A DNA stretch of 64,000 nt from Marsupella aquatica (lineage: Eukaryota > Plantae > Marchantiophyta): contig OZ316894.1 of assembly GCA_973895155.1 (NCBI GenBank), positions 18,824,805 through 18,888,804 on the forward strand. The letters are read 5' to 3'. The position numbers and the translations under genes are program-made. The notes below the pieces were generated by a model. The model ran no database searches. It had not been told where the DNA came from and saw nothing but the letters and a program-made list of their open reading frames with translations. This document shows, in pieces, positions 35,601-47,328 of the stretch (the stretch's first letter is position 1; every line of letters begins with the position of its first letter).

Positions 35601-37974
35601 TCTTTGTAAGAGAGTCTAAGTGTTCAAGGCAAGCCTAATACTTTCGTTAAGAGTCATGATTTATAGAGTCTTGGTTTATGTTGTGCCAAATACTTATCCT
35701 CTATGGACTTGTGATTAATGTTTTGGCAACACTTCTTGCCAAGGGAGTGATGTTTGTTTAGTAAGACAGTCTAAGCATTTAGGCACAACCTAGTATTTTG
35801 GTTAAGAGTCATGATTCTAGAGTCTTGGTTGATGTTTTTCCAAATGCTTCTTCTCGATGGAGTCATGGTTTATGTTCTGGCAACACTTCTTTCCGTTGGA
35901 GTCATACCTATTTTGTAATAGAATCTAAGTGTTCAAGGGGAGCCTAATACTTTGGTTGAGAGTCATGATTGTTAGACTCTTGGTTTATGTTATGCCAAGT
36001 ACTTATTCTCTATGGAGTTGTGTTTTATGTCTTGGCAAACATTTATTTCCAAAAAGTTGATGACACAAAGTGGACTGGGCTGGAGCGGCCAACAAAAAGT
36101 GATGGGTGCCAAAACATAAACCGAAGTCGATGGCACATAGTCGATCGGACTGGAACGCATGCATTAAATCGTAGAGTATTGGTTTATGTTCTGCCAAACT
36201 TGGGCCGGAGCGGGCAACAGCATCGGGGATTGGGACGGGCAGTGTACGGCGCCCCGGGAAAGTGGGGGAGCATTAACTTGACGTAGATTTAACTCAGGGT
36301 CTCTCAGTGAAGTGACAAAACTGGGAGCAATTAATTGTGGTCAGCCAATGAAAGATGTAGTAACGTTGACAAGTAAGCATCCTGAATCAGCGAAGATGCG
36401 ACCAGGGCTTGATTACAGAATGCCCAGCTTCGAAACATTGCTTGAAAGAGTCTGGGCATGCGCTGTGGTTTGAACGTACTTTGAGCATGCGGCACCATAA
36501 GCAACCACTGCTCGAAGTTCATGCTTAACAGCCAATCTGATAAGCAAGACGCTTCGATCAGGATCCTTTGGAACAAATTCACACATATATAGAACTCTCA
36601 TGATGCTGGGCAAAGTGATTGATTTTGTATAGGGTAATGCAGGTCTGGGTGTAGGGTTACTAGGCTGTAATCTTGTATCCGGAATATGAAAATAAGCTGA
36701 CCGGCGGCAGCCGGAAAGCTTTTTTGAATATTCCGGGAGCAGGTTACAGACTATAACCCCAGCCCTGCCCTGCATTGGCGTACCTACTCCTGCCCGGAAA
36801 GAGGTTACCGGTTCAAGTTTTCAGGAGAACAGATTATGACTATAGCAGGCCCTGTAGAAATAGTTACACACCGGTAACCTCTTCTCCTGACAGGATTTAG
36901 GTGCAGCGACTGCATATGTAATACCACCTGTTGCAAGATAGGGCTGGGATGGGGACTAGAATCAGACTGCGCAATATATTGGAATGTTTTCGCGATTCTC
37001 TCCACGAGTTATCTTAACGTCATCCAGACATTTGTGAACATGAACTATTGAACAAAAAGTATTCAGACTTGTTGGTAGCATTTTCTGCGTACGTTGGTAG
37101 CATTTTCTGGGTACGTTGCCTGTGTAGTCACTAGCCATGTGCGAAGATCTCGTTTGTCGTAACTCTACTACACCTACTCAGACCTTCGGCTGGATTCATT
37201 CTTGTTTCATGGTGTGTTTGGATGCATGCAGAGACCGATCCTGGTGCTGGTTTGAAATTCCCGCTTCAAATTCAATTGAGTCCCAAGACGCTGTTGGTTC
37301 GGAAAGAGGCTGTTCAGGATTTGAAGAAGCAAGCGGTCGCAGAAAACCCAGAGGACTACGTGACCACAGTTGACTGCATTACATCTCAAATTTGGCGCGG
37401 TCTTAATTCCGTAGAAACACAGGCAGAATTTCAGCAGACGCGATCGAGGACAAGACCCATTCAAGAAGGCAAACCGGTAGAGTTCGTGCTCAGCACCGCC
37501 GTCGACTCTCGCAAGAGGTGCCACGACCCACCTCTTCCGGATTCATATTCACCGAATTGTCTGTTTGTCTTCCAAACCCCGCGGCTGGCTCCCTCTGACC
37601 TGTTGAGCAAAAGTCATCTGGAAGCGGCGAGAATTTTCCACAACAAAGTGAGGGAAATCACTCCGACAACCTGGAGAGAATTCCTGAAATCGACCTTCGT
37701 AACGCTGCTTTCTTTCGGGGACAATGAGTTCCGACATGTTCTGTTGACATCGTGGATATCGTTCCCTATGTACGATGTCGAGTTCGGGCACGGATTAGGG
37801 AAACCTTTCTTTGTCGGAGTGAACATGGAGGGCGGATTCTTACCGGAAGGATACTGCGTGTTCCTGCCACCTCGTCCAGGCTCCCCTGCTGCTGCCAATA
37901 TCCAGTTTGGCCTCCAAGACGACGTGCTCCAAGCTCTACTCTCTCACAAGCAGTTCCTCTCCTTCTTCCATTGA
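32696..37974 (+). CDS. BAHD acyl-CoA acyltransferase, 3 exons (32696-33169, 33934-34291, 37232-37974), ~524 aa
   Basis: LKESLSKVLVQHYPFAGR, CNDEGVQFFEA, catalytic HQATDG (HxxxD) and a DFGWG-like EFGHGLGKP. GT-AG introns are phase-compatible (0 and 1), and the first intron sits at the typical Q|VT position. Confidence 0.92.
34422..37040. mobile_element. Putative old solo LTR (~1.6 kb without the nested element) in BAHD intron 2
   Basis: Starts TGTTAC and ends TGAACA. Flanks AGAAC / TGAAC match at 4 of 5 positions. TATA-like sites at ~34740 and ~34797. No coding capacity. Confidence 0.45.
35300..36299. mobile_element. 1000-bp non-autonomous foldback DNA transposon with ~220-bp TIRs and 7-bp TSD
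   Basis: CCCTGAGTTAAATCTAC.. / ..GTAGATTTAACTCAGGG, with the inverted match continuing more than 200 bp. TCTCTCA at 35293-35299 and 36300-36306. Interior built from 'gagtc(a/t)tggtttatgtt..gcaa' sub-repeats. Confidence 0.93.
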
Positions 37975-38383
37975 TGAGGTGCTAATTAAGTTCATCTGAT
38001 CGCTCACTCAGGAGAAAGATTAACATCCTAGGTTAGTTTCTATTTTTATTTTCTAGAAGCTCTGGCCACTATCAAAGTATCTTTATGACAAAAATGGTGA
38101 CAGACATATTGACAAGGAAAATAGACAAAAATGGTGATTTGGTTTGGTGATGTGTGTTTTTTTGGATAGAAATGTAAAAAATAGTATGCAAATAATGTTT
38201 TGTCAAGTCCATGCAGGTTTGGTTTTATCCATCAGGGCTTCATGGACACTGTGCAGGTCCATCCTAGCTTTAAGTTCAGGTTAGTTAATTTGAAGAAGCT
38301 TGCAGGTCCATCCCGGATTTCAGTTCAGGTTAGTTAATTAGTTTGAAGAATTTTGGAAAGGATAACGATTTATTTATTGTATA

Positions 38384-38700
38384 CTAGCTCAATACTCGTG
38401 CGTTGCATAAAAGATGTCGTGTCGGCCAAGATGTCCTTAAGACAAAAGATGTCGTGTCGGCCCAAGATGTCGTTAAGAAAATAGAGGTCGTGTCCAGGGT
38501 CGTGTTGCCAATGATGTTGTTATGTAAAAAATGTCATTAAAAAAAGAAGTTGTGTCGCCAAAGAAGTCTTTATGTAAACGATGTCATCAAGTAAGAAGAT
38601 GTCATTAAAACAAAGAAGTTGTGTCACCAAAGAAGTTGTTATGTGACAGATATAGTTAAGAGGATGTCAAGTAAAAATATGTCGTTAAAAAGAGTTGGGC
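38384..38700 (-). mobile_element. Helitron-like 3' terminus (same family as 2934) with short tandem repeats
   Basis: A|CTAGctcaatactcgtgcgttgca on + is a hairpin remnant plus CTAG|T on the minus strand, followed by tandem 'aagatgtc' units. The 5' end was not located. Confidence 0.6.
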
Positions 38701-39260
38701 AGGGGAGAAGGGAAGAGGGGGAGAGTGGGGCGAGGCAGGGCCATCCCGGGTAATCGGGTTGGGGAAGGAGGGTGGTGGGAGGTTGACCGCAAGAATGCGG
38801 CAGTCTACGGTCGGCGTGCGGAGCAAGGCGGTAGGGTGGTCGCCCCACTCATAGTAGAGGCTGGCTGCACAACATTTTACTTGCCTCCGCTCGGTGCTGT
38901 CGCCGCAATCAGATGGAAGTTGACCTCAGGAGCTGGTGTGAGGGCCATTTTTGGTCTCTATTGCTTTGGTTTTTTTCCATACTTAATTTCCTACACCCAA
39001 ATTGGCCCTGTAAATTAAAATGACAACCATGGCAAAAAAAGGCACAACACCTTATTATAGTTTTTGATGTTGTCAAATGTGGTTGTCCCTTTATATATGT
39101 GTCCCAAAACCCTGTCACCCCAGCCAAGAGTGGTTTGGCCCCCAACTCCTTGTTATCTCATCCAAATATATATATATATTGAATTTTGCCAAGTATATTT
39201 ATTTTTATAAAATGATTTCATTCATATGAGTACCAAGGTGAATGGGTGTATACACTTTCC

Positions 39261-39786
39261 TTGCATTGCATGCACATCAGGTGTACATTGAGGCAGGGTC
39301 AATACAAATAAGACAATGGCCTGGGAGGGATTAAATAAAAGAGTGTATTTTTGAATACTATGATGGCATCAAAAGGAAGTACTTTACCTGCTAAAGTGAT
39401 GAGGAATATCAAGAAGTATTCTGCTCCCTTCATATTTGCATTGCATGCACATCAGGTGTACATTGAGGCAGGGTCAATACAAATAAGACAATGGCCTGGG
39501 AGGGATTAGATAAAAGAGTGTATTTTTGAATACTATGATAGCATCAAAAGGAAGTACTTTACCTGCTAAAGTGATGAGGAATATCAAGAAGTATTCTGCT
39601 CCCTTCATATTTGCATTGCATGCACATCAGGTGTACATTGAGGCAGGGTCAATACAAATAAGACAATGGCCTGGGAGGGATTAGATAAAAGAGTGTATTT
39701 TTGAATACTATGATGGCATCAAAAGGAAGTACTTTACCTGCTAAAGTGATAAGGAATATCAAGAAGTATTCTGCTCCCTTCATATT
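39261..39786. repeat. Three near-identical 175-bp tandem repeats
   Basis: The unit beginning ttgcattgcatgcacatcagg starts at 39261, 39436 and 39611. Confidence 0.95.
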
Positions 39787-40754
39787 TTGCTGTGGGTTTA
39801 TTTTTATTTGTTCTCTTAGCTTTGCTTTGCATATTTGATTTCTTTCACTTGGCTTGGAAATGTAAATTTTGAATGACAGATCACTTCAAAAAGTGGCGCA
39901 AGTGTGTATTATAGGAGTTAATTTGTAATTGACATAGATTATCATGGGGGTACTTGATATGAATGTCTAGGTATGGAAAGTACTGTCTATGTCTATGTAT
40001 TGATGGTTTCCTATGCATTGATAGTACTATACTTATATGTCCAGAAAGTACTTGATTATTGTGCATTAGTATTCATGACACCCCCTTATTTCTTGATTGG
40101 AAAACGTGCACTCTTTACTTCACACTAAACATGATTCAATTTTGGTTTATTCCTTCTGTTTGTCAGATTCTTTGATTTTTGTGCCCTTCAAATTCAAATG
40201 ACGACCACTGCATAAAAAGGCGCAACCTTGTATTATAGTTCTTGATCTTGAATTTTCAACTGCTAGCTTCTTCTTACGAACCTCTTTGACTACATTCAAC
40301 TAGTAATTTTATTTGTATAAAACACACTGTCTTATATTGTGGAGGTGTACCATTTGGATCACTTTGGCACCAAAAGTAAACATTTTGAAATTTCTTTTTA
40401 TGGAAACTTAATTTTTTATAAGTCTTGTCAACTATGAAACCCGTGCAACCTTTTATTAAGTCTTATCAAACTACCCACACATCTACTTTCTTTAATCATT
40501 GGTTCCAGTGGAGGTCTGTCACTACTCCCGTGGGCACTTTCCTAGTGGATGAAACGGGAAATGAAAGTTTGCAAATTCCTGGGTAAATCCTTGACTGTAA
40601 TATAAGGGAATGAAACACAAAACATTGAACACCAAAGAAATTAAAATCAACCAAACCTAGTGCCCTTTGTTTTACCTAAACCCTAAATGGTCACTATCCT
40701 AATCTCATTCTTCTGAAGGAGCTCTTTGCTACAGACTCTGCACATTCTTGAAGA

Positions 40755-40775
40755 GGGGGGGGGGGGGGGGGGGGG
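40755..40775. repeat. Poly-G tract (21 nt)
   Basis: Directly visible. It adjoins a dispersed repeat (tcactatatgaag..) also present near 29872. Confidence 0.85.
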
Positions 40776-41808
40776 AGGAGTCACTATATGAAGCCCCCCA
40801 TATCACCTGTCAGGTGAAGTTTTTAGGATTTAAACTCCCTTAAAACTACATGAATTTTTTTTCTTGGGGGAATTCCAATAATTTAGGCCCGGGGTTTTTT
40901 GTTGGGGGAATTATTGGAATATACCCAAAAATGGTTTTAAAACCCTATCTTCTATTTTAGGGGGTTTAGGGTTTGACACCCCTGTTTTGTGACGAAAAAT
41001 GCTGGATCTGGAAAATTTCTCATGGGGGCTAGGTAATCAAAACCACCAACTTTTGTTGAATTTTTTATATGTTAGGATACACTATTTATGAATATTAGAT
41101 TTTAATCATCACTTTATGTATGGGGACCCGGGACCCGGGACCCCTTCAGGTGAATCCCTCTATCAACTTTATGTCTCGTGCATTTTAACATACGACTGCC
41201 TTAATGAGGTAAAGTGGATTTCCTGGAGCGAGGCGATGGATCGATGAACATCCTGTCATGAACTAGTAGTCTAGTACCCATCTGATGCAGGACTTCAGGA
41301 CAAATTCTCAACGACCTGTACATTGTCTAGCTAGGAACGCAGCCGGGAACTTAGGCGGTACACTAATGGGCAACACGGTGCTTCACATGTTCCAGGCTCT
41401 CATGTACTAGTGACGCTTACACCCGTTTGTCATCACTGCTCGGGGAACTTCATATGTAGGAATTAGACTCGACAATGTTACCAATCGAGCTGCAATTGGC
41501 TTCAGTTTGCTTGTGCTGTCTGGACGTCAACTATACTGTACATTTGTCTGAGTGTTAAACATTTTCATATATCGGGAAGAAAAAATGGAATATATACTAG
41601 CTCCTGAACACGAATCATCGGGCTAATAATATGATTCAATTATTTTGGTTAAATTTCAACGAAAGACTTTGGAAAAGATGAGCAGTAGTTGGGTCCATGA
41701 ATGGTCGTGAACGACTTGAATTCATTTGATCCGTCAATGGTCATTACTTACTACAGTAGCTATAAGGCATCCTGAAACATGGAATTATGAGTACGTTGAA
41801 AGTTACAG

Positions 41809-42077
41809 TACAGAAATTGAATATCTAGATTGTCAATCAATGATTCTGGCTACTCGAAGGCCATGATCGAGTGTTCGGCTGCAGAAGTCATATTTAATTA
41901 AAGAATCCAGAATTCCAGACCATCGGAAAGAAAATGCTACAGAAATTGAATATCTAGATTGTCAATTAATAATTCTGGCTACTCGAAGGCCATGATCGAT
42001 CGAAGTCAAGTGTTCGGCTGCAGAAGTCATATTTAATTAAAGAATCCAGAATTCCAGACCATCGGAAAGAAAATGCT
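41809..42077. repeat. ~130-bp tandem duplication
   Basis: tacagaaattgaatatctagattgtcaat..gaaagaaaatgct occurs twice. Confidence 0.9.
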
Positions 42078-43001
42078 TGCTTAATTATTGCACAATTATC
42101 AGGTCAGATCATACCGTATCACAGACCGATTGTCTGGGGATCATACAATCATATGGATTTCATGAGACCTTGAGTCAAATGGTAGTGTTCCAGGTTACTG
42201 CCAAAGGCTAGAAGAGAGAAGTGGAGACATTGAACATTGTAGAACGTTACTCGTGTGCTTGGGATAAGTAGTGGGGCGACATTTGAAATTCAATTTATCG
42301 CATAGAAATGCTGATTTATGATGCCGCGCAAGGAACATGATGGAAGCTTCACTATCCAGAGGCGGCAACCTCTGCAAAAGACGCCCGGAACATCGTTGCC
42401 ATACAGATTACATGCACGCAAGTCTTCAGTCGGCTGTAACAAAGCACACGCTTATCCTTAATTCCTGTGTATTAAATATATCTATTCGTATTGCAAAAAG
42501 TCATTCGTTTTCAAAATGCAAGGGATTATATCAAAATTCATCGGCTACGAACAACAATTCTCCCTTAAAGACTACAAAGTACTCTGGCCATTTGCACACT
42601 TGCGGTTGATTTTTCGATCCAGATCGCCTGCTTCATCTACTTGCTAGCCAAACAGTCGATGAATATAATTATGTGCTCCAAGAATGAGACACATTTAAAG
42701 TAATTAACAAACGATCTTGTTGCACACCAATTGCCGCCCATCATCATCATCCTTCATAAATTGATAATTGAGTATCTAGAAGACCTTCAATGCAAGCAGA
42801 GAGTCTGGTTGAATTTCTTGTTATAATCTGGTAAACCCCTACCCAAAGGGCTTTGGGTACACTGTTTACTAGATAATCGCAAGGAAAAACTTACCGAGGA
42901 AAAGAAGAGCTAGATGGTTTACTGACCCGCAACATCCTTCGCCAGAACCATTCCTTTCAGATTCTGTTTCGTGAAGGCAGGAACCGGGCCAGGCTTTCAT
43001 T

Positions 43002-44282
43002 TCAACTCATGCAGAGATTGCAGCGAAGTACGCCATTGATCTTGGCCCGGCAAGTAGGACATGATCCCTTCACCTCTCGCAGGCATTCGCTGCAGTACTC
43101 GAAGTGCGTGCAAGGCAAAATGATAGCATCGCGGGGTCTGCAAAAACAAATTTGGCAAATGCTTTTATCCCGCTCTTTGCCAAGCTCTTCAGTCAAATCT
43201 GCAACGATTTGGTTATGCTTCCTTTCCATTTCCAACCGTAAACTTTCTCGACTCGCCTCCAGGGTTTGTAAAAAATTGTTGCACTGAAAATCCCTGTCTC
43301 GCTCAACTGCAAATTTCTCCTTCAATATCCTCGAGTTCGTTTGCGAGCATTCGGAGATTTCATGGCGGAGTCTCTCTTGCTCACGAGCTGCAGTTTCTGC
43401 AATCCGTGTATTCTGCTTCTGCAGTACTTCCAATTGATCAGACAGCAACTCGTGGATCTGACGCTCCTGTTCATGTACAGCTTTCCTGGCCCCGGCAAGA
43501 GATTCGCAAAGCTTTTGGTAGTCAGTGACGTCCTTCCCTACGTGTGATGTCGTCTTAGAGAGTTCGGGACTCTCCTGCCATGCAGTGTTGAAGCCGCAGA
43601 AGGCAACATTTCGATGGACTTCAAGATTTGTTATCTTCGTTGCGGCCTCGTCCGCAAGTGATCTTAAGGAATTTGAAGTCTCGTTCGCCTCGGTATGGAG
43701 ACCACGGTCTTGAGTTTCGTAAGCATGATCTGTGTCGGCGCCCTCCATACTATCGAGAGGAACTGAAATCCATCCTTTCTCAGTTTGGATCATGTCTAGT
43801 TCACCATCGAGTTCATGGGACGCCTCACCTTTGGTACGTCGAGCCCTCTTGCGCAAGTGCGATAGTGGTGCGTCTTGGATGGAACAGGACTTTGACTCCT
43901 CCTGCGGCTCAGAAGGGCTGGCTGCCAGAGATTCCTTGTGCTTCCGCGGCCTCCCACGGCGTCTAGTCTCTGGACGGGTGATGACGCAAACTGGTCGCTC
44001 GTCCTCAGAAGAGAGAACGGTCTCATTGTAATTTGCTGATTTGCCGCTAAATCTAGTGCTGCTGCGCTTGACGCATATCGTCTGCACCGACGTCGCCAAC
44101 GGACTGGCCCAATTAATGGACTTGCGCGGACTGGTCGATGGCATCGGGGTCGTTGGCAGGCTTATTGCTTCAAGAAGGGATTCTTCAAGTTCAACTTCCC
44201 CTTCCATTCCGTTGCGACGGTGACGATCTATGGCAGCAGACGCAGTAGGCAACAGCTCAGAGACTGGAGTCTCGCTTGGCAT
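43002..44282 (-). CDS. C3HC4 RING-finger protein (zf-C3HC4_3 type) with coiled coil and AT-hook-like motif, intronless, 426 aa
   Basis: C-terminal CQICFCRPRDAIILPCTHFEYCSECLREVKGSCPTCRAKI, preceded by an E/Q/R/L-rich helix and an RRRGRPRK motif. Confidence 0.88.
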   Translation of the reverse strand: MPSETPVSELLPTASAAIDRHRRNGMEGEVELEESLLEAISLPTTPMPSTSPRKSINWASPLATSVQTICVKRSSTRFSGKSANYNETVLSSEDERPVCVITRPETRRRGRPRKHKESLAASPSEPQEESKSCSIQDAPLSHLRKRARRTKGEASHELDGELDMIQTEKGWISVPLDSMEGADTDHAYETQDRGLHTEANETSNSLRSLADEAATKITNLEVHRNVAFCGFNTAWQESPELSKTTSHVGKDVTDYQKLCESLAGARKAVHEQERQIHELLSDQLEVLQKQNTRIAETAAREQERLRHEISECSQTNSRILKEKFAVERDRDFQCNNFLQTLEASRESLRLEMERKHNQIVADLTEELGKERDKSICQICFCRPRDAIILPCTHFEYCSECLREVKGSCPTCRAKINGVLRCNLCMS

Positions 44283-44799
44283 TCTCTACATAGTCGTAGT
44301 CGACGATTGCCCTAAAATCTGTTGGAGGAGATTCTTGATGGCGACAATGGAAAGCTTCAAATTGCTGTGGGAAACTCTATTCGTGCTCAGTCACGCTGAG
44401 GATACAAATCATTCAAAACTCGATCCCATCCGAAAATCAGCGCGGACCATACACAGAAATTGTTCACGCCTGACTGAAACGAAAGAGAGTCAGCTGCCCA
44501 AGCAATTCGCGCCCTAAGGTACCTCGATGATTCCGGTTGAGTGACAGAAGCAACTGAGTGAGTCGATCATGTTCGAGATCATAAGTGATGAGATCATAAG
44601 TGAAAACTAAGCGAGGCGTACCGCTCAATAGATGACTCATTCGAAACAGACTCATTGACCGACTAACTCCCATTTGTACGCTTGTTGACTGCAGAAACGA
44701 GTGATCATGATGCAATGTCAAAAATCTCACGACCCTCGTTGAAATCGATACGGTAGCTTCCTCCCTGGGCTCCAGCTTGTATTGTGAGATCGATGTGTA

Positions 44800-45122
44800 C
44801 CATGAGTCGCTGAATTGTCTTATCACCGTATCAAACGTGAACCGCATTTGATTTCACAAATCACTGTCTGTACAATCATTGTAAATGTCGCGGGAGGCTG
44901 ACTGTACCGTTGCATATAGCTCGTGACTCGTGACAGGGTCACACAGTCTTGCCCACCATGAGTCGCTGAATTGTCTTTTCACCATATCAATAAACGTGAA
45001 CCGCATTAGATGTCACAAATCACAAATCACATCATCAACTGTCTGTACAATATATCTTAGTAAATGTCGCGGGAGGCTGACTGTACCGGTTGCATATAGC
45101 TCGTCAGTCGTGACACAGTCTT
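44800..45122. repeat. Imperfect ~150-bp tandem duplication upstream of the RING gene
   Basis: ccatgagtcgctgaattgtcttt..aaacgtgaaccgcatt..gtaaatgtcgcgggaggctgactgtacc occurs twice. Confidence 0.85.
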
Positions 45123-45826
45123 GTCGAAAACTTGCTCTGAAGATTGACGTATGTGGAGTGACATCAGTAATAAATGAACCGGTCGGCAGAAAGCCAACAA
45201 AGAAAACGAGTGATCTCTACTGGAGCTTTCCAACATGATTGTGCTCCAGCAGGCTACTTGATGAATCGATCAATTCAGCGAATTGTATTTAGTCAGCCCT
45301 CCATGTTCATACGACTCAAGACCATATGATTATCTCGAGGACCACCAAAGTTGCAGCTCTGAGAGGTTCTGAGACTGCAAATAGTTAGTACGTTGGCGCG
45401 CAACTGACATAAGAATCCTGCAATACCTTTATGTACATTGTGTGCGGACTTCATGATTGAGCAACATTGTGAGCAATGCAGGACTGTACAAAGTGACAAC
45501 AACGAACACCGAGAGTCACATGATTGACAGGAATGAATTGTTCAGTCTTTGTTTACGGTACCATCGATTTCAGTGGCGGGGTGTCCAAAGTTCTGTTGCA
45601 GCACATTTATCTCGAGTGTACATGCACGGACGAAAGTACCAACGATGTCTGTACATGACAATCTTGTCTGGAAACGATGAAATGTTGGGAAATTACAGTG
45701 GAAATCTGCTGGAAATATGTCGTGAGAGAGACATGTACATGAAACAGGCATCCAACGATCCACTTAAATACTCGTACACTCTCCCCAGTACTGATATTAA
45801 GTCTAGGCCAGGCATCCATAGATTTT

Positions 45827-45934
45827 CCATAAGAGGATCTCGAGGTTAGATAGATCTAGGGTTACGGATACCATAAGAGGATCTCGAGGTTAGATAGATC
45901 TAGGGTTACGGATACCATAAGAGGATCTCGAGGT
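45827..45934. repeat. 44-bp tandem repeat, ~2.5 copies
   Basis: Unit ccataagaggatctcgaggttagatagatctagggttacggata. Confidence 0.9.
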
Positions 45935-47328
45935 CGCCACACTTGACTACATCCCATAATTTTCTGATGGTCTAATTCTTGCTAGCATTTTAATTCATGC
46001 TTAAGTACTAGTCTCGAACATGGATAGAAATTAAAACATTTTGTCAAACGCTTTACAAAATGTTTTTACATCCATGTTGGCTACTCTCCAAGAATATTCC
46101 GCGACTGGAATCACTTTTGTCCAAGTCACAATTGTCTTCAATTTTGATTATTTTGCAATTATGGAGTGAACAATTGGGCTGCCAGTGTTTATAAACCAAG
46201 AAACAAAAGTCAATTGATGACCTGATATAGGGTTTCAATGAAAGATACGATGACTGGACACCATTTGCACACCCAAGCATGGTTTATGTTAATGGTGTTT
46301 GGGGGTTTAGCAGAGTGTTGAGGTTACTATTAAGTTAAACCACCACTGGCCATATAAAATGAGGAGTGTTCAAAACTTCTCACTTTTTCACATTACTCTC
46401 CTCTATGGTAAGAAACTTTGCTCCACAATTTAGGGAAAAAGTACCAAAACTGGTGAAATCTGTGTAAATCACATTTTTGTGGTGGTTTAATGACAAAGAA
46501 GCTCAAATATCAAGCTTGAATATAGGCTCTTACTACTACCTCTGAGTAGGACCAGCTGACACCCTCCTTGTAGGACACAACATTGGGCAGCAGGCACATT
46601 GCAGGCAGGACATCATGGTTGCAAGGTTGTGAGAGTTTGAGCTCCCAAAAGCCATGAGCATATCATAGTCTAGCTTGGTTAAGCAAACCCATATACAAAA
46701 TGGAAGGCAACCTGATAATTAAAAAAAAATTTGTGGAGAGTGTGGCTACCTCCAGATTAATTTAGTTTGGGACATGTTAGTAATTTTGACATGCCTTTTG
46801 GGGACAGGAAAATAAGAATTAGAAACAGAACCACGATGAGTCACGGGGGGCGCATTCATTTTGCACTGAGTTTGCACAATCATTCCTTGCTCCTTCAATC
46901 CTTCAAAAGTAGGCTACTGCAGTAACATGAGTAATATGGTCTCAAATTTCAGAGTCCATTATTTTCATTTTTATTTGCTTTGGCGAGCTATTGAACTTTA
47001 CAAGGCTCCTTTCTAATAATGTTCAATAAGCTCGTAAAGCATCAAGACTTCTGAGCTTGTTTGGCAACAGAGAGAGTAATTACTGAAGAATGGACAACGA
47101 GTCTGTTCAGAAAGCCATTGGGAAAGCTCAATATGCTAGCTTGCATGTGCATTCATAAAACCTGGTAAATTGTCTTGAAAATCTTTGATACACTCTAAAT
47201 CTGACCTGTCACATGAATATGCTAGCTTGCATGTGCATTCATAGGACATTCTTGAAAATCTTTGATATCTGAATCTAAATCTGACCTGTGAGATGAATTT
47301 GTTGGAACTTGCAATAACATTGACCAAC

